NCBI RefSeq assembly: GCF_006345805.1
Contig: NC_043017.1
Coordinates: 15,438,001 to 15,502,000 of the forward strand
Direction of reading: 5' to 3'
DNA length: 64,000 nucleotides
DNA from: Octopus sinensis
Lineage: Eukaryota
Position numbers and translations under genes: made by a program. Positions within the stretch are counted from its first letter, which is position 1. Every line of letters begins with the position of its first letter. A model generated the notes under the pieces. That model saw only the letters and a program-made list of their open reading frames with translations, did no database searches and was not told the DNA's origin. This document shows, one piece after another, positions 24,471-38,757 of this stretch.

Positions 24471-24881
24471 AATATATATATATTTTGTTAATTTTTCAAA
24501 ATTTTCCATACACCCATTTTCATTAAAATTTACCTTCAATTTAGCATTCTGCCTTTTTATAATTTTTCCTTGCCTATATATATATATATATATATTTATT
24601 TATTTATTTATATAAATGGCGGTGCCCCAGCATGGCCACAGCTCGTGAGCTGAAACTAGATAAAAAAACATATATATATTTATATATTTATATATATATA
24701 TATATTATATATATATATATATTATATATATATAATATGGCGGTGCCTCGGCATGGCCATAGCTCGTGAGCTGAAACTAGATAAAAAAACATATATATAT
24801 TTATATATTTATATATATAATATATATATTTATTTATATATATATTTATATATAGATATATATATATATATAATATATATA

Positions 24882-24923
<42 letters not shown>

Positions 24924-24944
24924 AATATATATATATATATATTA

Positions 24945-24988
<44 letters not shown>

Positions 24989-25699
24989 TCTTTATATATA
25001 TAAAACTGAGAATGTGTGTCTGTCTGTGTGTTTCCCTAAAACTTGAGAACTACACAACCAATTTCATTCAAATTTTACACATGCCTTACTAAGGGTCCAT
25101 GTAGTTTCATGGGCAAAAAAATGTTCAACATCTTGCCTAGAGCGAGCCCAGGGCAATATCATATCTTCTCCACTATTTCAGTATTACGTGTTAAAAGTGA
25201 AACAAAAATATTTCTCTATTTTATGTCAGATGTTTTCACTTTAACAATAAAAATAATAATAACAATTGAATTATATGTAGTAAGTAATAGTTAAAATCAA
25301 ACTAAAGTATAATATAATCGTAACATAACAAAAGTTAAAATAGCAATTGGTATAAAATTGCATCAATGATTTGAACTTGAATAAGTGGTTTCACATGAAT
25401 GGGAATAAATTAAAAATAAGATTAGCGTGCAGAAATGGAATAGTCCAGATGGATAATAAAAAATTAAATTAAAGAAAAGAGAATTGTCTATAAAGTATTC
25501 GATTTAGAGAAAAAAGAAGAGCTAACAATTCCAGTTTGTTATATATTTTGAGTATTGTTATCACTACCGATATCAAGATATAACTTTGTATTTTGCATTT
25601 TATGTGTAGATGTATATATATATAGATGTACATGTAATATGTACACATATATACGTGCACTAGCACTATGACCTGGCAACGACGGGTCTTTAATGCTAG
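24989..25699 (+). mobile_element. Non-autonomous Helitron
   Basis: A|TC 5' end (TCTTTATATATATAAAA..GTCTGTCTGT..AACCAATTTCATTCAAATTTTACAC), 3' hairpin GACCTG..CGGGTC at 25670-25688, CTAG|T end, no target-site duplication. Confidence 0.85.
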
Positions 25700-25721
25700 T
25701 ATATATATATATATATATTAT

Positions 25722-28700
25722 ATCAGAAGAGTTCAATAAAGACAATGAAGCGAACATCTATGGGGGAGTAACAACGGACCCAGATGAAATATCGATACTT
25801 CAACTACCACCAAAGTATGCAGTGTATAGTAAGGTGAATACCATCAAATGCCTGTCCGAGATTGAAAAGTCGTTCACAAAAATACGTTGGAATTTAAATA
25901 GATACAATGACAACAACACTTGCGACAACAACAACAACGCGAAAAACACTAACCGCAGCAACAACAACACAAACAATAATGACCGCAGCAATAACAACCG
26001 TAGCAACAAAGCAACACGAACCCTAACAGCGGCAACAACAACAACATAGAAAATGTATGCATAGACACAAACAATAGATACAAAAACAAACACAAACAGA
26101 GAGAGAAAAATCGTATACAACAGCAACAACAACAACAAGTATAGGGAGAACCGACACACAAACACACACACAGATAGCCATAGTCACAAAGACACGAATA
26201 AAAGTTGTGTCATGGGGGTCACGATGGAGAATAAAGTTGAATGCAACAGGATCCTTGGACAGGGAGTCAGCAGACTTGAAACAGATAACAATACTCATAG
26301 AAACAAAAATAACGACCGCAACAGGGGGATTGACAGGGACCAACAGACAGACATAAAACCCAACACTAATATGAACTACACATATACCAGAAACAGGAAC
26401 AATGAATATATCACTAGCGATGATAGTAATAATGGCAATGGTAGGAATAAAGGTAATAACAATAATAGTGGTAGCAGTAGTGGTGATGGTAACAGTAGAA
26501 GTAGTAATGAGGATAGTAGTGATAGTTGTGGTGGTAATAGGAATAATAGTAGTAGTAGTAGTGGTAATGGTGATAATAATAATAGGAAGGCTGATGTTGG
26601 AAACAGTAACGATAATGAAGATAACCCTAGAAAGACCATTGACATGTATACCCATCCCTTTGACACTCAATTTTTCAACGTATGCCACAAAACTTACTGC
26701 ATGAACCGGATTTATCCAACAACATTACCCTTCAACAAAAGAGTATACATCCCAAGACGTACTAATGACCATATGGAAGCACAGTTCACTATAGCTAGGA
26801 CCAAACTTAGACAGATGTTAGGATTATACATTAAGAGACAGAGACAGAATAAGACAGATGCCCAACAACTCGGGATTAAACCTGCATGTGGCCTACAGAA
26901 GCTCATTCAGCGCACGAGGAACGGAGAGGTGGTATGCCTTCCCACGGATAAGTCCGGCAGGATGTCAATAGACAGCTTACCGAACTACATCCAGGCAATG
27001 CAACCTCATATCGCCAATACAAAAGTAACAACTGTACAGGCGCATGAGGAGAGAGAAAAGGTCCTCAATGCCCACATGATGATGTGGACAATTGTTCTGG
27101 GACCCCAGAAACGTACTGCAAAGAATTTCCAAGCCTGGAACAATGATATCCCGGCACTGTATGGACTTCGCAAGGACCATCAAGTAATTACTGACCCTAT
27201 AGCAGGACCACCAACAAGACCAGTCTGTGGAGCGAATATCGCTAGCAATTACAGAATCTCCTACTTGCTCTCAATGATCATACGCCCTATAATCAGGATG
27301 TCACCTGATGTGTGTGACAGCACAGAAGATCTCCTAACTGGATCAGTGACTGTAACAAAACTTGTGACTTGACAGGATGTATAGTAGGTAGCATGGATGG
27401 TGATCCCTATACCCATCGATTGACGTAGATTTTGCAGTGGAGAAGTGCGTGGAGATGATCAACGAGAGCCAGGTGGAGTTCTGTAATGTCGACACAGAAG
27501 AACTGGGCCTCCTACTTAGACTGACATATAATAATAATACTTAGATAAACATAATCTTAGTAGTTTCTGCCCCAAAGATGTTTAAGAGGTAGACCGCCTA
27601 CAATTACTTCTATGGCTAGGAAGACACATATAGAAAGATGGCGCGATGGACCAGAGCCATACGGAGCCCCGCAAATGTCCATCAGGTAAAGAAAATGATC
27701 GCACATGCACTAGGAGCTAGTATAAGAGTTACCCTAAAAGGCCACACATTTAAATTTAATAATAAAATATTGCCCAGGACGAGGGGGCAGCCATCGGTGT
27801 TAGTATCGCTGGTGATGTGGCCAACCTCTTCATGGTATGGTGGGACAGAAGGCTTAAAGAATGCCTACTGCAGAAATCCATACTCGTAAACATGTACTCT
27901 CGCTATGTTGATGATATCAACATAGTAGTAAAGGCACCCCCACAAGAGAGTAATGTTGATATAGTAATAGAAACTAATACTATGGAGAGCATCCAGCAAA
28001 TAGCTAACTCCATCCACCAGAGTATTAAGGTCACAATAGACTACCCCACTAAAACACCCCAACCATAGACTACCAGTACTAGACACTGAACTCTGGCTAG
28101 AAATTGTGAAAAATAAAACCCAAATCCTTCATTCATACTATGCAAAACCTATGGCCTCAAAATACCTGATCCACCGGAACTCAGCCATTGCGGCAATGCC
28201 AAATTCAATATTTTGATGGCAGACCTCGTCAGAATAATGAGAAATGTGTCACGCATGTGCGAGCCTACAGAATTAAAGAGACACATACAGTATTTCATTC
28301 ACCGCATGCAGTTCTCAGGTTACAGCCATAAAGAAAGGATCAGAGTATACAGAGCCATGAAAAATTTGATAATATATTATGTAATGATAGGAATGGGATT
28401 TGCCAATCTATAGGAACAAGTCATGGAACACTATAGAAAAGGACAAAAAGAAAATAGGGAAGGCCCACTCTTGGTATGATAGCCATAAATACCAGAGTGT
28501 CATGTTCGTTGACACCACCCCTGGAGGTGAACTGGCGTCCCGCTTTAGAAGGATCCTAGATAAACTTAAACTAAGAATTAAGGTTTTTGGAAAAGCCAGG
28601 CAACCCTATCAGATCTATATTGGTAGAACCTATCCTTTTAGTAGAACCCTCGTACGGATAACTATTGCACTGTATGTAGATTTAGCCCACAAACAAACTG

Positions 28701-29033
28701 TAAAGCCAGAAATGTAGTCTATAGTATAAGATGTATAGAGGGACGATGCAGTAACAAAACAGTAACATACGTAGGGGAAACAGTAAGAAGCATAGGAGAG
28801 CGGGTGAATAAACATTGGAGACAACTCAAGGAGGGTAAAAGCTCATCGATTCTGTACCAACACGCCGAACAGGAACACGGGGGATCAATCAATAACATAG
28901 AGATTAAGATATTGTCCACACATAGAACAGATGCAACAATTAGAAAATTACAGAAGCTACACATATAATAGAAAATAAACCTAGCCTGAATAGAAAACTA
29001 GAATGGAGCAATAGCACACACCACAACATATGA
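25722..29033 (+). pseudogene. Near full-length Penelope-like RT plus GIY-YIG ORF with many frameshifts
   Basis: EISILQLPPKY..KIRW; PTDKSG (26947); PALYGLRKDH..PTRPVCG; SMD..LYPSI; GAAIG; RYVDDI (27904); LPVLD; YAKPMAS; VVY..YVGET..ERVNKH..KPSLN. Confidence 0.9.
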
Positions 29034-29570
29034 CGATAGAGGATCCTGAAAACATAATAAATACACAGATGAAAAACAATAAGAAATGAATACTATATAT
29101 ATGTATATATATCTATGTATGTATATATATATTATATTATATATATATATATATATATATTAATATATATATATTATATTATATATATATATATATATAA
29201 TATATATATATGTGTGTGTATATGGGTGTATGTGTATATATATATATTTTTTTTCGATTAGATTTAATATATTATTACTAATATTGTTGTTATACATACA
29301 TACAAGCATATGTAATGATAATAATGGTGGATGTAAACACATTGAACAAAATTAGAACAAAAGCAACAACAACAAAAACAAAATACAATTACAAGAATGT
29401 ATATAAACAGAAGATACAAATATTACAGGCATCCCCCCCCCCCACACACACACTAAATAAACATAGACGCACATAGAGATATAAGCATGCGCAAATGAAG
29501 ACATACAATAGAAATACAAAATGGCTGACGTTAGTAAGGAGAGACACAAATAAGTGAGAAGAAAACAAAG

Positions 29571-29614
29571 GACCACTGATGCGGTCACAGGAGTGTGACG
29601 AAAGAACTTTGGCC
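29571..29614 (+). ncRNA. Minimal type I hammerhead-like motif in the PLE 3' terminal region
   Basis: GACCA-CUGAUGCG-GUCACA(GGAG)UGUGAC-GAAA-G(AA)C-UU-UGGCC. Confidence 0.55.
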
Positions 29615-29846
29615 GAAATAAGATTAAGATTAATGTAAAAATAAATATCACTGAAGCAAAATAACACCAAATATATAGTGTGTGTATTTTTATTGGCTAA
29701 ACTGGCAATATGACCATTCCGAAATATAACAATATCTGTTTCAACACACGACTTCACATAAAAATCTTGCACAACAAATATTTAAACGTATATATATATA
29801 TATATAAATATTCATATATATATATATTTATATATATATATTTATA

Positions 29847-29913
<67 letters not shown>

Positions 29914-30012
29914 ATATTATATATATATATATAATATATATATATATATTTATATATCATATATTATTATATATATATATACTATATATATATATATATA
30001 TATAGTATATAT

Positions 30013-30104
<92 letters not shown>

Positions 30105-30265
30105 CACACACAGGAGACGCCGATGTGGCAGCGGCATCGAACTCCCTTGTTGACCAAGTGCCACGTATCAGAGGTGGATTCACATATTAGTGTTGCTCAT
30201 TCAGCGGTGGTGCCCCAGCATTTCCGCCAGCCTTCGGACTAAAACATTTTGAAGGATTTTAAGGA

Positions 30266-30327
<62 letters not shown>

Positions 30328-30955
30328 AGATATATTTATATATAAAACATATCTATTTACACCACAATGGACCCTGGGACCAATCAAAACCAGCCCACAC
30401 ACACACAAACACATCTATTCACACCACATATGTATATACACACACAAAAACACACACTCGAACCATTCTGACCTCTAAAGACCAATCCCCCTAATCATTG
30501 ATGCGTGAAGGAGAGACAAAAAGGAGAAATTCTTTTCAGTTCCACATTACTCTTTCTTCCCCCCACCCAAACACACCTACAATGTCCCTTGAAATAGATA
30601 CGATTCTTTTACGTTAACATGGTGGGCAGGTCAGTTTTAGCTTCCCTACTATTATAATGTAAACCTTTTTGAACTCATAATATTCTGTGCGTGTATACCA
30701 ATATTCCACTGAACTTTTCAATAATTCCTTCTGGAAATTATCTTTTACTTTTTTTGAGAATGTTTATATTTGTTGTAACCTTTTGTACCCAATATTTTAA
30801 GGAACTTGTTAAACTTTTTTATGTCCTTAACATGTCCTTGTTACCAAAGACTGTATATATGTAATGTAGCATTTTGTAACACACCATAATTAACGCAACC
30901 AAACCTTTTACATGTTTACTTTTGACAATCCTTTTCCAAAGAGTGAAGCCGGTAA

Positions 30956-31055
30956 NNNNNNNNNNNNNNNNNNNNNNNNNNNNNNNNNNNNNNNNNNNNN
31001 NNNNNNNNNNNNNNNNNNNNNNNNNNNNNNNNNNNNNNNNNNNNNNNNNNNNNNN
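30956..31055. other. Assembly gap (100 N)
   Basis: Direct; followed by (GAAA)n/(GAA)n at 31056-31266. Confidence 1.
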
Positions 31056-31153
31056 GAGAAGAGAGAAAGAAAGAAAGAAAGAAGAAAGAAAGACAGAAAG
31101 AAAAGAAGACGAACAGAAAGAAAGAAAGAAAGAAAGAAAGAAACGAAGAAGAG

Positions 31154-31196
<43 letters not shown>

Positions 31197-31952
31197 GAGA
31201 AGGAAAGAGAGAAAGGAAGAAGAAGAAGAAGAAGAAGAAGAAGAAGAAGAAGAAGAAGAAGAAGAATTTGTGAAAACAGTTCTTTCTGCTTGAGGAACTT
31301 TCAATGAAATTCCAAAAGGAAACTTCTGAGACGTGGTTCTTCAATGGAGAGACATTGTCCAAGAATCTGCTTCGTTCCACAGACGGCAGCGAGGTTTTAC
31401 CGGAGACATTTTTACACTTGGTCTTCTCCTCAGTTTTATTTGCATAAAAGACTTTTCGGTAAAGAATGGGTTGAGCGGGGTGGAGTAGAGGATTGGCGGG
31501 AGGGGGGGTTACACATGTTTGATGGTGGTGGAGGTGATTGCAACGGCGACGGTGTAGTGATGATAGTTGTGGTGGTGGTGGGGGGGAGCAGTGGGGGTGG
31601 TGGCGGTGGCGGTGATGGCCGTCGTCGCCGTCCGAGTTTTGTTAGAACGGTAGTGGATGTTGGGCGGGGATAGATGATGATGATGATGATGATAGTTTAG
31701 TGGTGGGGATGGCGTTGGTGAAGGAATCAACGGGAGAACAACAACAAGGCCAACATGTGTTCTATGAAAAGATATTTTGTTAGTAAACAGTGACACACGC
31801 ACACATACACATATAGACACACACACATATAGACACACACACACACACATATAGACACACACACATATAGACACACACACACACACATATATACACACAC
31901 ATACACACACATATATAGACACACATACACATATATACACACACATACACAC

Positions 31953-32004
<52 letters not shown>

Positions 32005-32314
32005 GCCGGCACAAAGACAGGCAGGCAGTCAACAAGGAAGCATTTACTGCGGTCGCTTGATTTGCTAGAATTAGTAGCTAAATCTACAAACCACAATCGT
32101 CTTTCATAAAATTGGATGGTCATGGCTGGAACAGCGTCAAACTTACAACTATCCAATCGCAGCTGACGTCCTAGACTTCTTTTTCTTCTCCTCCTCCCAC
32201 TCTCCTCCTTCATCTTCTGCTTCTCCTCCTCCCCCTCCCAAGCCATTATAAGAAATGTCAACAGGTTTATTTAAGGTGTTCAACTAAACCTTGTTTACAT
32301 CTAGTCGTTAAAAG

Positions 32315-32367
<53 letters not shown>

Positions 32368-32534
32368 TGTTGTTGTTGGTTGACAAAACTACATTTTCTT
32401 GTCCGTTTCCTGTAAATATTTGCGCAAACATATTGAAATCCCGTGATGTTTGTTGTTGGTAGAGTCATAGTTGACATTTAATGAACACACGCACTATACT
32501 TATGCATGCTTGTATTGCACTTTCATAAAATTAC

Positions 32535-33460
32535 GAGTGGCAGGCATGGCAGCGTTGTTAAGAAGCTTGGCTTGCAACCATGTGGCCTTAAGTTCAGTGC
32601 CAATGTGCAGCATCGAGGGCAGGGCAGGTGTCTTCTCCTATAGCTTCGGGTCAACCAAAGCCGTCTGAGTAGATAGCTTCTATTCTTTTATTTGTTTCAG
32701 TCATTTGACTGCGGCCATGCTGGAGCAGCGCCTTCAAGAACTCTCTCTAGTTGAACAAATCGACCCCAGGACTTGTTTCCGCCTACAAAATTCACTCAAA
32801 GGCTTTGATCATCCCCAGGCTACAGTAGAAGACAATACGCCAAGGTGCCATGCAGTGGGACTGAGCCCAGAACCATGTGGTTGGGAAGCAAGCTTCTTAC
32901 CGCAGAGCCATACCTGTGCTCATATAAACAGAAACCTAAAGAAGGCCCTCTTATGTACATACACACACACACACACACACATGTAGTTGTCTTTGTCCTT
33001 GTGTCTGTGCTCCACCACCATTTGACAACCGACATTAGTTTGTTTACGTCCCTGTAACTTTGTGGTTTTCAACTGAACCATTCAAGACGGCCCTTGCATG
33101 ACTGCAGTCCAAAGCCTGAAACAAGAAATAGAAAAAAAATGTGTGTGTGCGGGTGGGGTGTATGTATATGTGTGGTGGATATCTGTCGGTTTCGACGATG
33201 AAGATTCAGTTGGTATATCAAATGAATTACCTGCCCTTGAACTTGTCGACGTGGCTGAGTGTTTCACAGAACCAAAGCTACACAATGCGTGACAAGGCTG
33301 TACATTTTGAACTAAAGAGACAATTCGTCTCTCGAGATTCGGTACAGTTTCCCATTTCTGTAGCACTCACGGGATGTGAGTCGAACAAGGGAGTAGAAAA
33401 TTAGAAAATGTCAGTTAAGTAAGATGCCGCGCTGTGGGATCGAACCATACTTCATCCCAG
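32535..33460. mobile_element. Cluster of SINE fragments in both orientations
   Basis: Head at 32540 (+); tail and head at 32680-32915 (-); further pieces to 33460. Confidence 0.7.
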
Positions 33461-34089
33461 TTGTGCATACACACTCTTGCATGACTTCTTGTTCCAGCTG
33501 ATTACACTTTCCAATAAACGCACATATTTGCCGCAGGAGTGTAAGATGGCGATGGGGAGGGTGGTGGATCAGGTGAATTAGAATAATAAACGGAACCGAG
33601 TGAGTGATGAATAAAGAAAATTATGAATGATGACAAATGGAGAGGCCTGGTTAAAGGTGAGGAGTAATATAGATGATATGAGGAAATATAGAAAAGATTA
33701 ATTAAAAGAAAATAGAGTAAAATAAGAAACAAAAAATTAAAATTGAAGAAAACGAGATGAGATTGATTAATGTTGAAAGAACACGAAACATACGAGGAAG
33801 CGTCACGTGGGAGGATGCGGGATGTTTCCGGAAGTAATGAAAGCTCTCAAAAAACTGCTGCAATGCTTCACAGAGATTTTATTTAACCAAAAGTGTAAAG
33901 CATATTTAGTCTTGAGATGGTTTATAGTAGGCCAAAAAGAAGCTTAATGCTGCGCATGTGCAGAAATTTCACAGTTCTCATTGGGGTTTTGTGCTCTTGC
34001 GAACTTGCTGCACGATAAAACATTTTCTCAATTAAACAAAGCTGACAACATGTCTTGTGTCTAAAATGTCCATGTCACTGTGGTTGTAC

Positions 34090-34460
34090 GTAATCTAAGA
34101 TAGACCGAGTGATGTTGGCCGTGTGGCTGGGCATCTCCCAAAGCAGTCAAATGTACATGAATGAAAATGTTATACAGCACCTTTGAGAATTATTGAAAGA
34201 ATACCTAAGCTGATAGATTCGTATTTTAAAGCTATGCTTGATTAGATTGATGGAGGACTTCTGTGGACAGTTGTTGCTTAAATGCATCTTAAAGCAGTAA
34301 ACTATAGGTTTTGCCAAACAATCACCATCAAGCGGGCAGTTGCCAGGGTTCATACAGTGACATGTGGGTGCAGTATTTGGATTTTGATTGTTATTTGTGA
34401 ATAATCATTTTAGTGTTGTGACTCTTAACGCGAAATTCTTACACACAATAGTTCTGGGTA
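34090..34460 (-). pseudogene. Old PLE GIY-YIG fragment (CxC..CPL.G.CL type)
   Basis: CHCMNPGNCPLDGDCLAKPIVY..FKIRIYQLRYSF. Confidence 0.7.
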
Positions 34461-34499
34461 GATGAAGACATTGATGAGCACAAACAATTTTTATATCAA

Positions 34500-35270
34500 C
34501 AATGATGGCGACCGCCTTCAGCTAAAACAGAAACAAGAAGGCAGAAGCTCGACATTGATCCAGACATTTTGAATGTCACATCATATCACTTCAGCATTAT
34601 CTTTTAACTATCAAGTGTCAAAGTGCGTCCCTTGACCAAGTTTGTATACACGAGGCATGAGACTTGGAAAACAGCTCTTCCAGAACTATTCCCTGTCTGA
34701 TCATCTTCGATGCACGACTCCACTGCAACATGTCATCAGATGATGGCATGAGTACATATCAGCATGGTTATGTTAGTAGAAAGCTCCAGGATGGCCACAA
34801 CATTGATGACCAAGGCAGTTTATCATGGCCCAACAACCGGATCTCTAACTCTCCCTTTGAAGTGCACGCGTTTGCGATCCAGGAACAAGAAATAGCAACA
34901 AATTATTGATGCACAAAAGGAACAGAGGCGTAGGAAAAACACCTGTCGTAGCCGATGCAGACTTCGTAGAGTTAACACCGAAGATATCGCCTACATCAGA
35001 GGAAGAAGCCTGAACATGTCATTGCGTTATTATCTACCGACGAGACATGATTGTGTAGCACCGAACAAGGAGATCCATCGGAAGGATAATCTCGAGAGGA
35101 AAGAATCATCAGTGTGGTTGAGACAGAAGCATTCATAATATACCCCTGTGGAATACCCCTGCGGAAATTCAAATAAAATTCAAATCTGATAGACCAGGCA
35201 TAACAATTTTGGACAGTAGTGGAAATCAGATGTCAACATAAAACTAAAGATCAGCAAAAAAGAAAACACG
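34500..35270 (+). mobile_element. R4/Dong-like RLE-type LINE fragment, degenerate
   Basis: HGYVSRKL..IDDQGSLSW..FEVHAFAIQEQEIAT.Y..CRL..EDIAYI..YYLPTRHDCVA. Confidence 0.75.
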
Positions 35271-35510
35271 GAACTTTTTTTATACTTGTTTCAGTCGTTA
35301 CACTGCGGCCATGCTGGGGCCGGGTTAAAAGCTTAGATTTATAATACCTGTAACTATTGGGGCACGAGGATATGTAACAGACTGGTTCAGTACCAACCTT
35401 GAGAAATTATCGTTCTCAAAACCAAGGAGAAGGCTAATTTGAATATTACAAATACAACCACCAATGGAACCGTCGGAATTCATCAAACTTTCCAAACGTT
35501 TATCATCTAA

Positions 35511-35565
<55 letters not shown>

Positions 35566-35572
<7 letters not shown>

Positions 35573-35866
35573 AACTTATAAATAAGGCCAAACGAAAAAA
35601 TTTCTAATGCTAAATATGCTGAAAATTGGACATATTGTCCATTTACCATATAATTTTTTTCCCAGTACGCACGCTACTCGAAAAAAGGTCGACAGAAATC
35701 TCTAAAGAGATTTCTTTAGAGATTTTTTTAGAGATTTCTGTCGACCTTTTTTCGAGTAGCGTGCGCACTGGGAAAAAATTACAGGGTAATTAGACAATAT
35801 GTCCAATTTTCAGCATATTTGGCATTAGAAATTTTTTCGTTTGCCCTTATTTATAAGTTGTTTATA
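35566..35866. repeat. ~300 bp near-perfect palindrome (foldback element)
   Basis: TATAAACAACTTATAAATAAGG...CCTTATTTATAAGTTGTTTATA; arms pair almost to the centre. Confidence 0.9.
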
Positions 35867-35947
35867 ATTTAACCTTTAAAGGTATTTTTTAATATGCTGG
35901 CGATTGAAAAAATTGTTTTTCTTTTCGAAAAAATTTTATCCTACATT

Positions 35948-35986
<39 letters not shown>

Positions 35987-36003
35987 TACATACGTACATA
36001 CAT

Positions 36004-36042
<39 letters not shown>

Positions 36043-36350
36043 TGTCTTGTTGTCGAGTGAGGCTCCCTTTCTTTCCTGATGAGAATATTGCATAATGCAC
36101 CCTTTATTCCTTTGGAATGAAACCATGTTGTCTTCGAAACATATGTCGAGAGTAAAGGAATTTTGTTAACATCTTCGTTCGACTCCATTCTTTCATTTAT
36201 TCATCTACAACACACAAATTTCTGCACATGAACCCGGAGTTTCTACCCTTGGACAGGTCGCTTCAACCGTGTTTCTGACGTGAATTTGCTACCCTGGTTT
36301 CGGTTCAACGAATTTTCCATGCTGACGATAAACATAGGATAATTCATTCA

Positions 36351-36427
<77 letters not shown>

Positions 36428-36437
36428 TAATAATAAT

Positions 36438-36473
<36 letters not shown>

Positions 36474-36571
36474 GGAATATTATTCCAAACTTTCAGGGGA
36501 AAAATTCAATTTAGTAATACTAAATCAAATTTCACAATATATAATACATGTATGGAATAATATTCCATTGC

Positions 36572-36641
<70 letters not shown>

Positions 36642-36845
36642 TTATAACTAACGTTTATTGAGTGTATTTACCCTAATTTTCGTTGGTTATGGAACTTACA
36701 GGTAAGATAGAACCACTTTTTGGGAATTCATCTTTGAAGGATATTCCTATGCCATCTAGAAAGGAATATATTTTAAATTATTGTATATCTAATTGTATCA
36801 TTATTTCATTGTTGAATTGATAAAAGGTTGGTTCTTCTCTAATTT

Positions 36846-36884
<39 letters not shown>

Positions 36885-37006
36885 CACAGATACATACATG
36901 TGCATATCAGCTATATGTATGAGAATACATACGTGAAACAAAACAAATCTGCACGTGCACTGACCCCAAGTACATGTATATACTCATACATGCGCAGCAA
37001 CCCTAT

Positions 37007-37535
37007 TGATTTTGTTTAAAATTTCAGTGCAATGAAGGGACCTTGGATCTAGGTTAGAAACCGGTTCTTTCTCTATTGACAAGAGATCTTGAAATAAAAC
37101 CGAATGAAAACATACATACATACATACACACTCGGATATGTAACACACCGACTAAATACCAATCGAGAAATTAGAAAGGAGAAACCTAATTCGAAGACCA
37201 CAGATCTAATCTATCACAGGAACTGTAAAAATCTGCAAAACTTTCCAGCTTATCATTTATATATGAGCATGTCTAGACATGCAACTATATACATGAGCAT
37301 ACGTACATAAAGCAAAACATACAAATATGTACATACACATACATACATACATACATACATACATACATACATACATACATACATACATACATACATACAT
37401 ACATACATACATACATACATACATACATACTCTGTTGATGTTGAAATTTCAATGAAGGAGCCATGGGTCTAGGTTAGAAACCGGTGCTTTCTCGATTGGT
37501 AAGAAATTTTGAAATAAAACTCAATAATGACATAC
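37007..37535 (+). repeat. Two direct copies of a ~100 bp retroposon 3' end with (CATA)n tail
   Basis: CAATGAAGG..TCTAGGTTAGAAACCGGT..GAAATAAAAC at ~37030 and ~37450. Confidence 0.65.
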
Positions 37536-37776
37536 ATACGTACGTAGATACATACATACATACATACTTAGACATCCACAGTAACAAGCTCATACGCACA
37601 TACTCAAGATGTCACACACTTACACATACAGTCGAGCACAAACATACATACACACTCACACATACACATGCACACATTATTACACATCCACACACACACA
37701 CACACTTAAGCTCAACTGGAAAAAATACTGCAGCTCTGAAAGGTCAATTTATTGAAGATATAAAAATTATATTTAA

Positions 37777-37840
<64 letters not shown>

Positions 37841-38084
37841 TAGGGGTTAGGGTAGTGTTGGTGGTAGTAGTGTTTGTGTCGTTGTTGGAGGCGGTGGTGG
37901 TAGAGTTGTTCCTACTCACCACTTCCCCCCCCCTCACCACACTCACCAGAAATGTTCCACAGATTTTCTTCTTTTTCTTTTTCTTCTTCTTGTTATTGTT
38001 GTGATTATTTTTAATTTATATTTTCCTTTCTAACTTGAATATCGTTGTCTTTCATTGATTTATCGATATCAACTTCTATATATA

Positions 38085-38132
<48 letters not shown>

Positions 38133-38158
38133 TGTGTGTGTGTGTGTATATATAATAT

Positions 38159-38251
<93 letters not shown>

Positions 38252-38757
38252 ATATATACATATATATATACACACATACATACATATAAACGTACATAGA
38301 TGAGTATACTTATATATATATATATATACACACACACTCATATATATTTATATATACATGCATACATGTATGTGTCCGTGTATGTGTCTACACTCGCGCA
38401 CACACACACACACGTGTATGTGTGTGTAAATATATACGAATGTCTGCTTTATCTCCATAGATTTGCGCAAACAGGCAAATGTGTGTGTATATATGTGTAT
38501 ATAAATGTAGTTGCATAAATTAATTTCTGTTTATATTGATATATGTACGAATGTAGAATTATAAATGAAATTATGCGTGTATGTATGTATATGTGTGTGT
38601 GCGTAGATGTATGTATATATGTGATACGTATATGCGTGTATCTAGGTACATGTATTGTTGTATACAAATATATACATGTATATGTGTATGTATCTGCGTA
38701 CATATATGTGTGCGCGTGTATATATGTTTTTGTGTGTGTGTGCGCGTGCACACTTCT

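Larger units (their letters stand above)
21670..24577 (+). mobile_element. 5'-truncated Penelope-like element (Neptune-like) with ~1.1 kb inverted repeat
   Basis: 21670-22792 is the reverse complement of 23503-24577; the centre encodes the RT thumb and GIY-YIG endonuclease. Confidence 0.93.

Noticed and set aside
27340-27400. TGA ending ORF 26212-27372 as possible selenocysteine readthrough
   Set aside because: The RT continues in another frame (ISDCNKTCDLTGCIVGSMD), so this is a frameshift, not an in-frame TGA.
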